Source: Balanoglossus misakiensis (Eukaryota; Animalia; Hemichordata). Taken from it: a stretch of DNA of 64,000 bases. The DNA lies in assembly GCA_040954595.2 (NCBI GenBank), contig CM082590.2, forward strand, positions 9,261,988 through 9,325,987, read 5' to 3'. The notes beneath the pieces are model-generated. The model was not told where the DNA came from. It worked only from the letters and a program-made list of their open reading frames with translations, and ran no database searches. Made by a program: the position numbers and the translations under genes. Shown here in pieces: positions 14,969 through 28,533 of this stretch (within the stretch, counting starts at the first letter, position 1; each line of letters opens with the position of its first letter).

Positions 14969-15060
14969 TTAACCATTTCATCACCATGGTACGGTCCAAT
15001 CCACTGTTTTCTATGGTAAAGTTGGACCTCTATACATGGAAATGGGGGTGAAAGGGTCAA
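14969..15060. mobile_element. piggyBac-like 90-bp MITE copy
   Basis: TTAACCATTTCATCACCATGG...TTTTCTATGGTAAAGTTGGACCTCTATA...GGGGGTGAAAGGGTCAA. Confidence 0.75.
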
Positions 15061-16298
15061 TCATGTGAGAGTGACAGTACAACCAAGAATGAGGTGTATG
15101 TTTTTCTGAGATGTATTGAGAGGCACCATACTTTTCTTTATTCACTATATGCTATATAGGATACACTGTTATGGACAGAGAAATATGAAAAGCGCTTTGA
15201 GACACTCACATGGTACGTTAAATGAAGTTGACCTTGCACTAGACATTCTTGTGGCAATGACTGGCTACATTGTGCACATCAAAGAAATGCAAACTCTTTC
15301 AATCTCTCAAAATATCACAACCTTGATATTTTGATTCACCAGAACTCGTCTGTTTACACTGGCATATACAGGTTAATGGAAATACGATGTCTGACAAACA
15401 GATATAATGGTCCTATTCATCTGCACATTAAGTGGGACTGCAAAGAGTGTGTGATTTTCAATCATTACTTATTTCCTAAGAAAGCATTACACATGCATCT
15501 CGGTGCATTATATGATCAAAACCATCAATAATACAAACAGCGCTGCCCGAATAATCTTCCAATGCATTTCAAACTGTCAACACATCTAGCATTGTGAATC
15601 TCTGACGGTAATGCGTTTTACTGAAACTACATTTTTGTCCAACACACACAAGTGCATCTACTGAGTATTAAAGCACCTCGCAACATTATAAGTTGCAAAC
15701 GACAAACTCTAAGCTATTTTCTCAAACAAACTATTTTGGGCATGACCTGTGTTTATCTTGTTACAAGCAGAATTAACCATCTGGACAGGATGGATCTATG
15801 TACCATCTAATTACTGAACATCGATCGGTTGTTGCGTAGCATCTTGATTATCTCCACATTTCACATTCTACATCCAATGCCATTGAACTCTGTGATGTAC
15901 CATCTAACAAGAAGATAACAGACCAGCTGCATACCCACACAGACAGTCGTGTACCAACAGACCAAAATGGCAACGCATCAATTCGCATCCACCCGACCAG
16001 TGATGAAATCGCACAATCCATTGGTACAATCAATCACACCAGACAACTGACAGCAGAGTACCAATTACCAACTGATATATGTAGTGGAAGTCCACTCATC
16101 ATACAGTTACCCAACATAGTTTATATTATTGCTCATAAAATATGCCTTGATTAATACACTACATATATACCATCTCATCAATGTACAAGGCCCTGTGTGA
16201 GTTTACAAACTGTTGTTTCAACCGCACACACTATGTTTGCAAATCACCAGATCTATTCATGGTATGTCCATTTGATGTCAGCTTGACCATGAGTCTCA

Positions 16299-16377
16299 TC
16301 AACCTTTTCACCACCATGGTTTGGTCCAAATCTATTGTTTTCTATAGTAAACAGAGAACCGGGGGTGAAAGGGTTAA
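16299..16377. mobile_element. piggyBac-like MITE copy with internal deletion
   Basis: TCAACCTTTTCACCACCATGG...GGGGGTGAAAGGGTTAA. Confidence 0.75.
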
Positions 16378-17498
16378 CATTTCCAAATCTGAACCATACA
16401 TGTACTTTTTTCCCTGGACTGGACCTAGTTTTAGAACTATTAAGGAACACCACAGTGCATTCATTAAACTAGTAATGATGACTCCCTTACAACAATCATT
16501 AAATCTCTGGACTAAAAGTCATTCACAGAAACCGTTTAGATTCTAGACAACATAAAACATCTGACCTCATCAATGTAAACGACACCATAAACATGCAAGG
16601 TACCATCGATTAAAGACCAAAGACCCCAAGTTATCTTGTTACATCAGAGCGTCATATTGGCCAGCCTATTACTGGCCAATAACTAACACTGACCATGACC
16701 AGTTTTATTTCTAGATGAGCAGATTAATGTAACAGTTACATGGCCATAAAAGTTACTTGGTATGAGGCATGTTCTATAGCAGTAATCCATTAATTTCAAG
16801 TCTGATTAACTTGACACGATCATGAGGACAATCTAAATGCAAAACGAAATTCACATCTTTGAGTTTTCCCCCACATGGGTCTGTATCAACAACACATACG
16901 GATGATGTAGTCAACACCAAGTTAAATGAAAATTAATCGTCATCATCTTCTGCTCCATCTATAGGCTCGGTATGTACGTATGTATGTGTGCATGTGTGTT
17001 TATGTATGTATGTGTGTCTGTTTGAGTACAGACATGAAAACAAACACCCACAAAGCCAACCATGACAGAGACAACTTTATAAATGTTAAACCAAAGTGTA
17101 GAGCTTGTAGCCAAGTGAATGCAAATTCTAAAATTTGCATTCTGACTGCGCTCTCCATTTGAATATTCATCAACTACATCCTGCTATCGGTGCTAACACC
17201 ATCCTGAGATCAGCTGTGACCAAAACTTTCACATGTATTTTGCTCACTAATACAGTCGCTGACTGCGAACATGTGATTAAGTTCATGTCGCGAAATCTAC
17301 ATGTACATGTCAGCACGTGGCGAGGACTTTTCTTTTCATCAGCGCCAGTCGGCACTCGGAAAAAGTGAAATTTGATGCTCTTCTGAAATTGCCTGTTCCA
17401 TACAGCGAGCAGCTTTACTAATTCCGAGCGAGCGCAGATCACAGGCGAAAGATCATGAACAAGAACCGCAGCAGTAAACGAATGATGAACAGACTTAC

Positions 17499-17573
17499 CA
17501 TAACAGTTTTGATAGCTCCATCTAACATCTTGGCCCTCAAGGGACGCATCTTCTTCTTGTATTCTAAGAGATC
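17499..17573 (-). CDS. TLN1: Talin coding exon 3: DLLEYKKKMRPLRAKMLDGAIKTVM
   Basis: 75 nt, ATACAG acceptor, GTAAGT donor, phase 0 to 0. Matches the F0/F1 junction (DTMEYRKKQRPLKIRMLDGTVKTIM). Different frame from the listed ORF 17170..17613. Confidence 0.96.
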
Positions 17574-20500
17574 CTGTATTCAGAAATGAAGCAGAAAATT
17601 TGATTAAAGACACAACGCTATTGAACCAATCTCTCTTTACATTCCGTGGTCATGCTGTATCTCTGACACTATCAATCCTGTTTGTAATTAATTTCTGGAT
17701 TACGCTCTGATCCCAGGGATTTAGAATACATACATGTATTCCACACAGAGCTTTGTCATTATGGATCATTACAGAACCTTGACAAAGCTGTATTACACAC
17801 AATTTTACATCATATGAGAGGAAACTTCACATATTTTCACATGAATCTCATTTTTTTTATCAAGGCTGAGATATCATTTACGTGTCAAAAGCTGCTGTTC
17901 ACTCGAAGCTTATGCAGTTACTAGAGGATATATACATATCTAGACGTACAGTAATCAAGTTTGAAATGACACTCTAAATGTAAATTTACAGATCATTTGA
18001 GAAAAATGAATTTTTTTATTGAAGATCTGAATCCAATCTGTAGGTCATTTGTGACAAAGAGACCGTTCTAAGCACGCAAGGTGTTATTATCATTTATTTT
18101 TCAAGTGTCAAAAATGTTGAAAAGCCTTGGAATGTCATAATTATGCGGGTGCCAACTCAAGATGCTGCAAAGCACATAGTAGCTAAATGTAGCATTTGAT
18201 TGGGTCAGTATATACATTATAAGGTCAATTTGGCTCCTGAACTCTTGCGATAATTCGCGAGAAAGGTTGAAACGCCAAAAGCCTAACCTTCAAAAGTTTT
18301 TTAAAAAGAAACCTGATTGTGACGCGGTCACGTCAAATCCTATCTGGTCGGTCACGACAACGCTGAATTGATCTGCCTATAGAATTGGTCCATCATGCGG
18401 CAACGTCTATGATAAGACCCGAGCAGCACAATGAATACCAATGAATACCAGCCCTGCACTTAACCACACAATGCAGCAAATCAGAGGGCTGCAGATTGAA
18501 TCGGGCAACCGCCTTATGAATTTCAAAAGCCTTATCGCTCAGGCATCTACTGCCTGTGTACAATTCTAATTCCTCCCTCGACGTTCGGATACATCGGAAA
18601 CGAACACGCTGATCTATACTTCATATAAATACATTTATTGCGCAGAGAATAAAAGCAAAAGACAGGAAATATTTCTTTTGATGTGCACACTGTTATATTC
18701 TGTAATGCTACGTTGCGTACCTCATTCATCAGATTTATGGATACACCCTTACAGTATGTCTTGAAAATGCCATTAAAGATCTTTCAGAGAATATCATTTT
18801 CATTTCACATATCAAATTTATCAATGTTGGAAATATCACAATTGGCTGCCAAACTCTGTTTCTGGCTCTAAAGGCAAAATCTAACTGCTTCCTTCTCTGC
18901 AAGCAAGATGACAAACATTTCGTTTGCGTCTGTTTCCTATAGATGGGCGAACGACTTTTTTTGGATGTGTGACTTTTCGCACTAAAATCCATAATTTGGT
19001 TTTCAGAGCCAGGAATGGAATCAAGATTGCTTTTTCACCCAATTCTACTTTGTCCCAAATCCTCTACAAACACTGAGAACATCATCTTCAAGTCATGCAT
19101 GAAATGGAATTGTACTTTTCCCCTACTATCTTGACTTAGCCGATTTTACATGATTGTGGACTTAGACCAACCAAACCGTGATACCTGAATGTTGATTTCT
19201 GTTCAGTGACTGGTCTTATCTGCAGCTATTCGCCTGCTAATTAATATTCATGAGACGAAATGACCTCACATGTAGTAACGTGTTAAAATTTATTCTATCC
19301 CAAGGCATACTGGATCCTCTACCTGAACTGGTAACAAAAATAGCAAAATACGAACCAGGATGTCATTTTTATCACGCCCACTCAAATGTCTCGAAAACAC
19401 CTGATCATAGACGTATGTAAATGAAACTACCGCATTTATGTCCAAACACACAGCTGGGCCTAAACTAATAGATTATATCATTATAGGAACTTAAAAAGCA
19501 ACATGGCTCTGAAGTAATGTGAGTATTTTTAAGGCAAGTCAACGTTTCGCCCCAATCCTATAAAATTTGAAATTGTTACTGTTGTAATTTATAAAACGTA
19601 TCCTAATCATACTAACTCGAGACCTGAAGAACCATAAAAATTCTCTCTGAAGCCCTTCAGTGCCAGTCAATCATTTTGATAAATTGAACAAAATATAACT
19701 TCGATTTTACCACTTTTGAATCAAATTAAAGAGAAATTCCCTTTTGAGTGGATAAATTTCGCAAAAAAGTTGGATCAGTGTACGTTTCTTGTTTGTACGG
19801 TCACTGACGTCGGTTGAATTATTGAAAAGGCGAGCCGCGAGTTCCCGACGACGAAAAACACTATCAAAATTCCAACAATCATGATAGCAACACTGACTCA
19901 AACCAACCACTTTAATTTGTGTTATTTACGATTTGAATCCATTACACAACACATGGTATTGCTCTCTTTTACTGAAAATAAAAACGTAAAAATTTATACG
20001 GTTATTTTATCTTCGTGACCAAAGCAGTGCATTGCCACATCCAATCATGAATCTGGTTTTACTTTTTCTTTGCCATCAAACTCAAAATATTCCCAACACA
20101 TTTCAACATCATCAACTAAAAACTTGACTATTTCAGAATGCTCTATGTACTACACTTTTCTTTTTGTAATATTCTTTTATCCATAGATTCGAAATTCTGC
20201 CAGTGGAAATTTTCTATGCGGAAAAAAACGCACAAAAAGATTCTCTTCCCATTTCCTGAAAGTAATACCTCCATGCATGAAACACACTTCCTCAACATAA
20301 AATATTCCTTTTGTTTCGGAAGAAACACCCCAGGCAAACTGGCTTTGAAAAACAAAGCCTCAGACAATAATCTCTCGCGACTATAGAAATTCAAATTCCT
20401 GGAAATATGAAACACAATTGACGCTCTTTGTATTGCCAAATTTAATTTTGATGTTTGCTTTTCATGGAGAATCGGAAATGCAGCATTACGCTTTTTTTGA

Positions 20501-23500
20501 AATGCTGAATATTGGGTATGAATTATTGGATTTATCTGAATGTTTCTCTATTGAAACGGTGTACACTTTGAAATAGCTTTTTACTGCAAGCTAAGGGGTC
20601 AAATCACATCACTTCATTGTGGGTAAAACACTTGACAACTCATTGCAGTAAAGTGTATCAGCTGTACAAAGTTGACTTTTGTCCTACAAGTCCTGTCTTT
20701 GCAGTCAAAATACAGCTTTTTCACTTTTATTCCAGTAAGAATTTCAGAATAACCTAAACTTTAACTAAGTCTCCCTTGTTACACATGACAGATATCCTCC
20801 ATCTTGGATTTTTGTTAGAGACATTTTATAACTAGCCTAAGGAGCAAAAGCCTATTTAATGTCTTGAGCATTAACAAGCAATTTTCAGAACCAGGCTTCA
20901 GGAAGGGAGAATACCTCTAGGGATCTGGTCATTGACTATGACACACCATACATGACGTCTCTACTTGACATTAGTTTGATCAAACGTGCACAGAATTTTA
21001 GAAAAAAAATACACTTTGATAAATTCGAAGACTTGAACGAAATTAAGTCATGCATGTCTGAATAATTAATGATCATAAAAAAATCACAACAAATTGGCCC
21101 CATGGCGGCTATAAATTTCAACTTTGAAAAATTCAGTCATTATGTTTCTTTATTAACGTATGGAAAAACCCTGACTGCTTCATCATGCAAAACCATACAG
21201 TAGCAAAACAAAGACTTCTCATTTTCAAATCATGGTAGATTGAATTATTAAACACCAGCACAAAACCGTACAAGTCAGTATGACACTTTGCTATGAAACT
21301 GCTGAAGATTTAATCCCTCTAGCAAGAATAACAGTCATTAAATATGAAATGAAAGATATGTCCCAAAAGTGGATGCCTCAAAAATATGATATACATGTAT
21401 GCATGAGATCTTGTGTTCAGGGGACTCAGTTTGGACACATCATCATTATATCAATATGTATAGAATATTGCGGTTTTCGCCCCAAGGAAATCTGCGTGAA
21501 TATTCATGAAAAAGCCGAGCAGAGTTTGCCTAATCAATTAATCATCAACAACCGACAGGAATTCATTTCTCAGGCATGTACTTGCAGCTGCCTCACAGTA
21601 AACCCCAGTTTTTGATTAACTTGAAACCTTCTCTTCGAGCGACCGACTCGAATCAATTAAACGATGTCAATTCATAGAATCACCTCCAGTATAAATTTAC
21701 GCCCCGAGTCAAACTACACGCTCCACACATCGCGGTGCGTAGTCGGTGCAACTTGGATCTTAGTCAACACAGACCGTCATAATTTGAAAAACTGAGTAAA
21801 CTCCATAGATTGATTTCTGGTAATTAATTACACAGCCACTAAACATCAAGATTCCAAGGTTCTCAACAACAAGCACTCACAAGTTTTATTCCTGATTTTA
21901 CTGCATGCTAGCGGTGGTCAAATCACATTATAATACTTGTATTGAAGGTAGTTTTTCAATATTTTTCCAAGTTTCCAATTCAGAAGCAATTCAAAGAGCT
22001 ATACATGTACATCTCATACAAAATATACATCCACGGCATTTTCCTTCACGTACTACAAGTAGGAACATTTTCACAATTTTACAAGTGCCGATACAAAATT
22101 TCGTGTTTCGCGCCGCGGGAACTCTTTTGTCAAAATGTTCCAGATCCAGTTTGATCCGGTTTCTTTTATCATCACTGTAGCAAATTCCTTATCAATATTT
22201 TACACTACTTCCTAATCACTCCCAGCTTCCAGTTCTGAAACCCTTATCACCACTTCGGGGCCTCACGGGTCAAAGGTCATACTCGGAAGATATTCGGTTT
22301 CCTCTGGCTACGACCCAACTTGTGTTCTTTCATAATTAGGGAAAATCCGCCGTCCTGTTCCGTCACATTTCGCGTTTTGTAATTCACAAGCGGATATATT
22401 GCAGTTATTTTGGATTAGAAGTCGAAAACGTTGCGAAACTTTCGACCGAGAGAGTTCTTTTCACGAATGAAATATTGGAATATCTGCCCCTGACAGCAAG
22501 AACTGAAATTGCCTGCAGAGACAATGTTTCCCCTCCGCCATTTTTTCACAGCTGATTGGGCAAAGCATCGATCGATCATATTTCACATCTATCATGCAAT
22601 CTACATGTTCTGTTTTACAAAACTGAACATCTGTACAATATGAAATTCTCTGCACGATATTTCTGCGTTGACTTTCATAGAAACGAGTTCAAATATTTCC
22701 CCCAAACAGATATTTTAGCTCTCTCTCTATTGTCATTCACTTGCAAGACACACACAGAGTGTCCAATCAAAGCTCCAACGGGAAAAATTGCTTCGAAAAA
22801 TCACCAAATATTGAGGTGGGTGGGGCATGAACATAAAACTGATATGAAATATGGAATTTGACATTTGAGAGACAATGGAACGCAAATATTGACTCAACGA
22901 TTGTCAGTCTTACGCACACTTTTTGAGCAAAATTACGAATTGATGTCCAAACATTGGTAATGACCACAAGGAAATAAATTGATCTTTTGGCACCTCTAAC
23001 TCACAAAAAAGAAATGAATCCAGCATGAATTCTGACATGAATGCTGTGTAGACAGTCACAGGGAAGTGTTGTATCTCTCCCCTAGAAACAAACGCTGATA
23101 CCAGCGAGCATGTCGGCCATTTTAAGTTGGTTTCTGGTTTGAAAATTAAGTGAAGTGCTTCCAGGCAAAATGATAAAAGAAGAAGTTGTTCAATAAATTC
23201 ATTTGCCGAAAGAACCAAACTAGTCATGCAACTCAGTTTTCATTTTACAGAGTTTGAAATTAGATCAGTAGTGATCTTGCAGACTTTATAGGGTTCGATA
23301 AATTGGTATAAATTCATTTTCCAGCAGAAGTCAAGACTGAGTAGCTCGTCACTAAATCACAAACACCCTATATGAATTGCATGTCGTTAAAGTATAAATA
23401 AAGAAACTACCGCAGTATATTTTGATTTCAGCCTGCAGTGAAATCGTCAAGGAGATCATCGCTTGCGTGACAACCGTTAAGTGCACAGGGCGTATTATTT

Positions 23501-25419
23501 TTAATTAGATTTCGACATCGGTAACTCGTTCATTGAAACCACTGTGAGTTCAGTGAGCTTTTTCACTTCTATATGTTCGCCGGATTATTTTTTTCTCGAG
23601 TTTCGGTTAAACGTAACTTTTATTTGACAGAAACTCGTGACAAGACCAATCGGGGATTTGAAACCTTGATGAAATGCAGATGGGAAGTGTTGGCGGCTAA
23701 AAATACCCCGGCACACTTAGACGCCAGGCTTGGCGTGAACTTCCTGGCTGAGAACACAACGACAATGCGTCGCAGCAAGAATGTAGGATTTTACTTCCTG
23801 GGGGTGGTGTTAGGAAGAAGGCCACAGAAATATACACTTGCAAAAGGGTGTGGATATACAAAAAGGCAGATAATTATCACAGAAAAAACACGAAGCAGCA
23901 ACAAAGATAGGATACTATCACTGAAGCGAAATCTTTTTTCTCAGGATGTGAAAATTTGATACAAGTATTGAAGCATCTGCCTGGTGTACATTAGTTCAGC
24001 TATTCTTCCCAATTTTGTAATTATGCAAACTTAAGGGAAATATTAGCTAAATTGACAGCGAAAGCAAACATCACTAGAATACATTTCGTGAAGATGTCAG
24101 TCACTCGATAAAAAGCGATTTAAAAATGCATTGAAATGGACACATGCCGTGTATGTTTCAGATTTCACTATCATTCACAAGAAACGCGGTGAAATGCGAA
24201 AATAAATTGGCAGGGTATCAAACAAATAGTCTAATTACAAGGACGTGTTCAAAAGTGGCTATAAAACTTTATACTGGTATTGCTTTGGAATATTTCAATG
24301 ACTAACTCGTTTTTATTGGATAAAGTAAAGTTAATTTGCAACTCAGGCGATTTTTATGCATAGGAACAATTCTGAGTAAACCATCATCTCGCTGCAACAA
24401 TATATACACGTTTGGAATTAACAGTTTTCGAGGAGACGTCGATTGAGTTTGCGTTTCGTTGTGAATGCCCCGGAGCGCAAATTTGCCGAAATTCTGTGCA
24501 ATTATTTAGACAGATGCAGTTTAAACTAATATGGCAACTCGGTAATCTGATTTGGCGATGTTTCTGTCGAATGACGCGGACTAATGTTTGAACAAGGAAA
24601 CGGAATAAAACAGGGGGCTCAAAAACCAACCCTGGTACAATCAAAGTGCTCCAAAATATAGACAGATTATATTTGTTATCTTAAAAGCATGCATTTATAG
24701 TGCATTTAGTCCATTTAAAGCATAGTTGATCAATGAATCAGAAAGCTTAGAGCGCAGACTGCGAGAACAAAACTATCACAAACTGATCACAAATACACCT
24801 TATCCACACATTAGAATTTATTTGCTTTTAGTTTTAGAACTATATATTACGTTTCTTGATTTAATCTTAATTTTTTATTTTAACTTCTCAGGTTTATTTT
24901 TCAACGATAAAAGCTTAGATTTGCACTGATGTTACGATAACTGTTAGAATTTTCATCTGAAAAGAAACTGAGAATTTTTTTACAGATCTAAGGGACACTA
25001 TTCGTGTACGTGGTCTGTCCCAGAACATTCTGGCCCCTCTAAGCGGCCCCATTCTGGCAGGATGTATTACAGTGTATATAGTAACTTGGACACACACTGA
25101 CTGTAATGGCTTGATACCACACAATATAAAGCTGTCACTTCCATACAGTTGCTGATTAACTCCAATCTACACGCCCTTGGATTTGCTACACTTTGTCGGA
25201 AAAATCGAAATCCACATTCTGATCGTAAAACGTAAATTTTTCACAAACTTTTCAGGAATTTTGGATCACATCGCTGGTACTTAACTTGGTTATGTCTTTG
25301 CAGTGTGCACTTTCTAAAAATTTTCTGTTTTTCTGCCAATTTTTGGAGGAAAAAATTTTCAGGGCAGTGAACCTCTGAAAAGAGCATCAAGACAATACGA
25401 GGAAATCCAATACACTTAC

Positions 25420-25517
25420 CCCACTTCTGAGCAAGTAGTATTCCAGCGAACGCCCAGCCTCCAGCCATACTCCCTTCTTCGGATCTTCATCAGCAAGAAA
25501 GAGGCCATATTGGTTGG
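25420..25517 (-). CDS. TLN1: Talin coding exon 2: (P)NQYGLFLADEDPKKGVWLEAGRSLEYYLLRSG
   Basis: 98 nt, CAG acceptor, GTAAGT donor, phase 1 to 0. Matches talin F0 (FGLFLSDDDPKKGIWLEAGKALDYYMLRNG). Confidence 0.97.
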
Positions 25518-25660
25518 CTGGAGAAGAAGAGAAAAAAAAATCACAGGTTTTCTGTGAATATTGGAGGACGACTGAAATACGTGCAGCTGCAAGTATGGAG
25601 TAATGCGTAGATGTGATCACACTGCTCTTAAACAGTCCCTGCCATTTATGTCCCGGCCTC

Positions 25661-25710
25661 AATTTCGTCTCATAAATATTCATGCTCATGAATATTTATG
25701 AGACGAAATT
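25661..25710. repeat. Perfect 24-bp inverted repeat with a 2-nt spacer
   Basis: AATTTCGTCTCATAAATATTCATG-CT-CATGAATATTTATGAGACGAAATT. Confidence 0.95.
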
Positions 25711-27107
25711 TGCGTACAGACTATGACATCATTTCCACTGTGTCACTGGATTCCCTGGCTGCGCAGGAAATTCTCATCCATCATTCACCAGCCCGGATTT
25801 AAAAATATCCAGCCAATCACAAGGAAGTAACCTACAGGACACTCGCATACCGAAATATCATGAAACTGTCACAGAGACTAATTTTCCATTCAGAAACATG
25901 ACAGTTTTTCCTGCAATGTGTGATAAATTCTGAAGGGAAATACATTACTACAGATATAAGATTTATCTTAATTTTGCACTTAGCTATCTGTCAAGGACGA
26001 GCCAAAATAGCGTAAATATTACAACAACTAAAACATTTCAAGGAAATGTTTCTTATTAAAATAGTATAAATTGAATAATATAATACCAAAGTATTAAGAC
26101 TTTCTTATCTAGAAATCGAAACACATGCACTAAGCGTAAAAAGGTTATCAGTTTAATTTTATCAGGAATTTTCAAATTCAGATAGTGATAAAATTTCATC
26201 GATAATACTGGAATATACATGAAAATGGATTCACTTAGGAATTCAGGGCGGGATATGTTATCACTGCAGGTAATAGCTTCCTATACGGACAGCAATTTCG
26301 TAGTTGGCCACCTGATATAGAACGATCAGTATAATCAGAATCTCCAGTATAATTTTAACAAAAAATATTTTCCAATTTTGGATACAATAGGCAAAAATGC
26401 ATCACTAACTTTTCCTTGAAATCTATTCTTTTTGCTAGTAGGCAGTTAAATTTCGTATGCAGTCATATTAATAGGTAGCTGACACGTAACCAGGATTCTA
26501 AAATCATTTACGAATGTTTCTTTATCTTAGCTAAAAACACAGTAGAAATTTTCACAGCAACTCATTTATATATTGAGCAAGTGATAGTAAAGTCATTTTT
26601 TATATTTCAAACACTCACTATCTCTATCGTAGTACGATTCCATTTCCTATGGGCATTTTAATATACCAGGATGACATTACCTAACAGTAAAAGCAAATTT
26701 CTCGATTCACAAATAGACATACATTACAATAAGAAAGCGCTGAAGGGAAGTATTGATTGCCTTAAAACTCTATGATAATAAATCATAAATTAAGCTAAAG
26801 GCTTAATTTCTAATGATTATAGCAGAGACAAAAGAAAATTGTATATTGATTTTTGTCACAGTACACTTTGTTGCTCACGAGCATTTCAAGCTTGTAAGAT
26901 CTTCTATGGTTTCATGCAGTTAAGTTGATAACGTAAATGTAACAATAAGATATCTTATCAATGAGATTCATATTGCTGCTTTTATGGAGACCACTTCCTC
27001 GTTCTAAACATTTTCTATTTAAATCAGCCTCTTATTGAGGTTTCCTAGAATTTCTCATTATCATTTGAATGAAATGAATTACATTCTTCATTCTGGTATT
27101 TTATGAT

Positions 27108-27200
27108 TTAACCCTTCCACCCCCAGTTCCTTCTACAGAGGCCCAACTTTACCATAGTAAACAATGGATTTGGACTGAACCATGATGGTGAAAGGGTTAA
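27108..27200. mobile_element. About 90-bp piggyBac-like MITE (TTAA-CCCT...AGGG-TTAA), opposite orientation to the other copies
   Basis: TTAACCCTTCCACC ... GGTGAAAGGGTTAA; one of 7 copies seen in the window. Confidence 0.8.
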
Positions 27201-27470
27201 AGGGACAAGGTCTCTCTCTCACTGCCCTTTTTCCATAAATTATTTTTGATACAAGACACTGTTTGTGTTCATGTCGTGAATGAACGTTCAATCACACACA
27301 GTTTCCATCCCACTTGTATGATATGAGAGTAAAAACTCGCCCAGAATAAATAAATGGTAGAGACTGATTATTCATTTTTGGCAGGTTTTTTCATTCTCGT
27401 GTCTATAAGCGGGATGGACGATGTATGTTGTTGGAAAAAGGGCAGTGAGAGAGAGACTTTGTCCCTTTAA
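27197..27470. mobile_element. Kolobok-like MITE (TTAA-flanked, about 39-bp terminal inverted repeats)
   Basis: TTAAAGGGACAAGGTCTCTCTCTCACTGCCCTTTTTCCA ... TGGAAAAAGGGCAGTGAGAGAGAGACTTTGTCCCTTTAA, one mismatch. TTAA target with purine-purine termini fits Kolobok. Confidence 0.8.
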
Positions 27471-27507
27471 ACTTTGAAAGAGATCATATTTCGAAAGGGG
27501 TACTCAC

Positions 27508-27643
27508 GTTCTCCTTGGTTTGCTTCCTTGATGCGCTCTCGTATAATTCTGCAGGCATCGTAAACAATGGTGGAGGGTTCAAAGGGCATCGTCTTGGTGA
27601 TGTCCGCTCCCACCACGCTGATCTTCAACGACAGAGCCGCCAT
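27508..27643 (-). CDS. TLN1: Talin, first coding exon (F0 domain): MAALSLKISVVGADITKTMPFEPSTIVYDACRIIRERIKEANQGE
   Basis: Hand translation resembles the talin N-terminus (MVALSLKISI..KTMQFEPSTMVYDACRIIRERI). ATG is in strong context (CCAAG-ATG-G). Donor C|GTGAGT at 27507, phase 1. Absent from the ORF track. Invertebrate talin, so co-orthologous to TLN1/TLN2. Confidence 0.97.
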
Positions 27644-27743
27644 CTTGGATGATCTTTGTCTCGACGACTTTTATCGGTGCAAAGTTGTGTGAGCCGTGAA
27701 ATGGTTTCTTGGAAGTTGTGGAATTAAAATAAAATGTGAGAAT
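27644..27743 (-). other. TLN1: 5'UTR part of the first coding exon of talin
   Basis: Pyrimidine tract plus CAG acceptor (TTTCTTGTTCTTGCAG) ends at 27744, 100 nt upstream of the ATG. No upstream ATG in this stretch. Confidence 0.75.
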
Positions 27744-27863
27744 CTGCAAGAACAAGAAAGTAGAATTGTCAGTTTTACTTTACTACAAACATTTGACAGT
27801 TGAACACTGAGGATAGGAAATCTGTTGGTTACTTGTTAGTATATTTCTAGGACCAGGTCAAAG

Positions 27864-27977
27864 TACAGTCAAATCTCTGTATAGTGGCCACCTCTATATA
27901 GTGGCCACTTCGTGCTGTCTATAAAGGCCAATTTAGGAAAGTTCCTTGACTGGCCACTATAGACAGGTTCGACTGTA
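27864..27977. mobile_element. TA-flanked Tc1/mariner/pogo-like MITE (TA-CAGTC...GACTG-TA)
   Basis: TACAGTCAAATCTCTGTATAGTGGCCA ... TGGCCACTATAGACAGGTTCGACTGTA; further copies at 11047, 28921, 39344, 43165 and about 60900. Confidence 0.75.
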
Positions 27978-28412
27978 GTACATGTACTATCATACTACAT
28001 ACTCTGAAGAAGCACACTCCATAAGATAAGAAAACTCAGAACTTTATTAGAGTTTCACATTAAATATCATCAAGCACAGAATTTAATGATGAGTGTCTTC
28101 CTCATTACATGATATGGAGAAGGAGAGTGGACGATATCAATCTATGTAATGTCTGCCCCATCAAGAGGAAATCACTGATGCTTTGCAAAAGGAAGTCGAT
28201 AAAATGGTTTATCTGTCATATTTATAAATGGTTCCATAAAGAGATGGATTGTGCAGTTCGGTTGTGATATTATAGGCAAGTGAGTAGGGTTAGTAAGCTG
28301 AGATTCTACTGGAGTGAGACTTCTATAGACCACTTCGCGGATAGAATAACGCAGGGTGTTGTGGGACAGTTTGCGTTCTGATCGCGTGAATTGGCCATGT
28401 ACTAGACGCTAT

Positions 28413-28533
28413 GTTGACTGACTGAATGAATGAATGAATGAATGAATGAATGAATGAATGAATAAATGACTGACTGACTGAATGAACGAACGAACAAACG
28501 AACGAACGAACGAACGAACGAACGAATGAATGA
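28413..28533. repeat. (GAAT)n/(GACT)n/(GAAC)n microsatellite
   Basis: Direct reading. Confidence 0.92.

Noticed and set aside
17170-17613. 147-aa minus-strand ORF
   Set aside because: No recognisable protein; the real talin exon (17499-17573) inside it uses another frame.
9743-25419. Duplicated (mutually exclusive) talin exons in the long introns
   Set aside because: Scanned by eye for second copies of the 75-nt and 55-nt exons and found none; a tBLASTn would be needed to exclude diverged copies.
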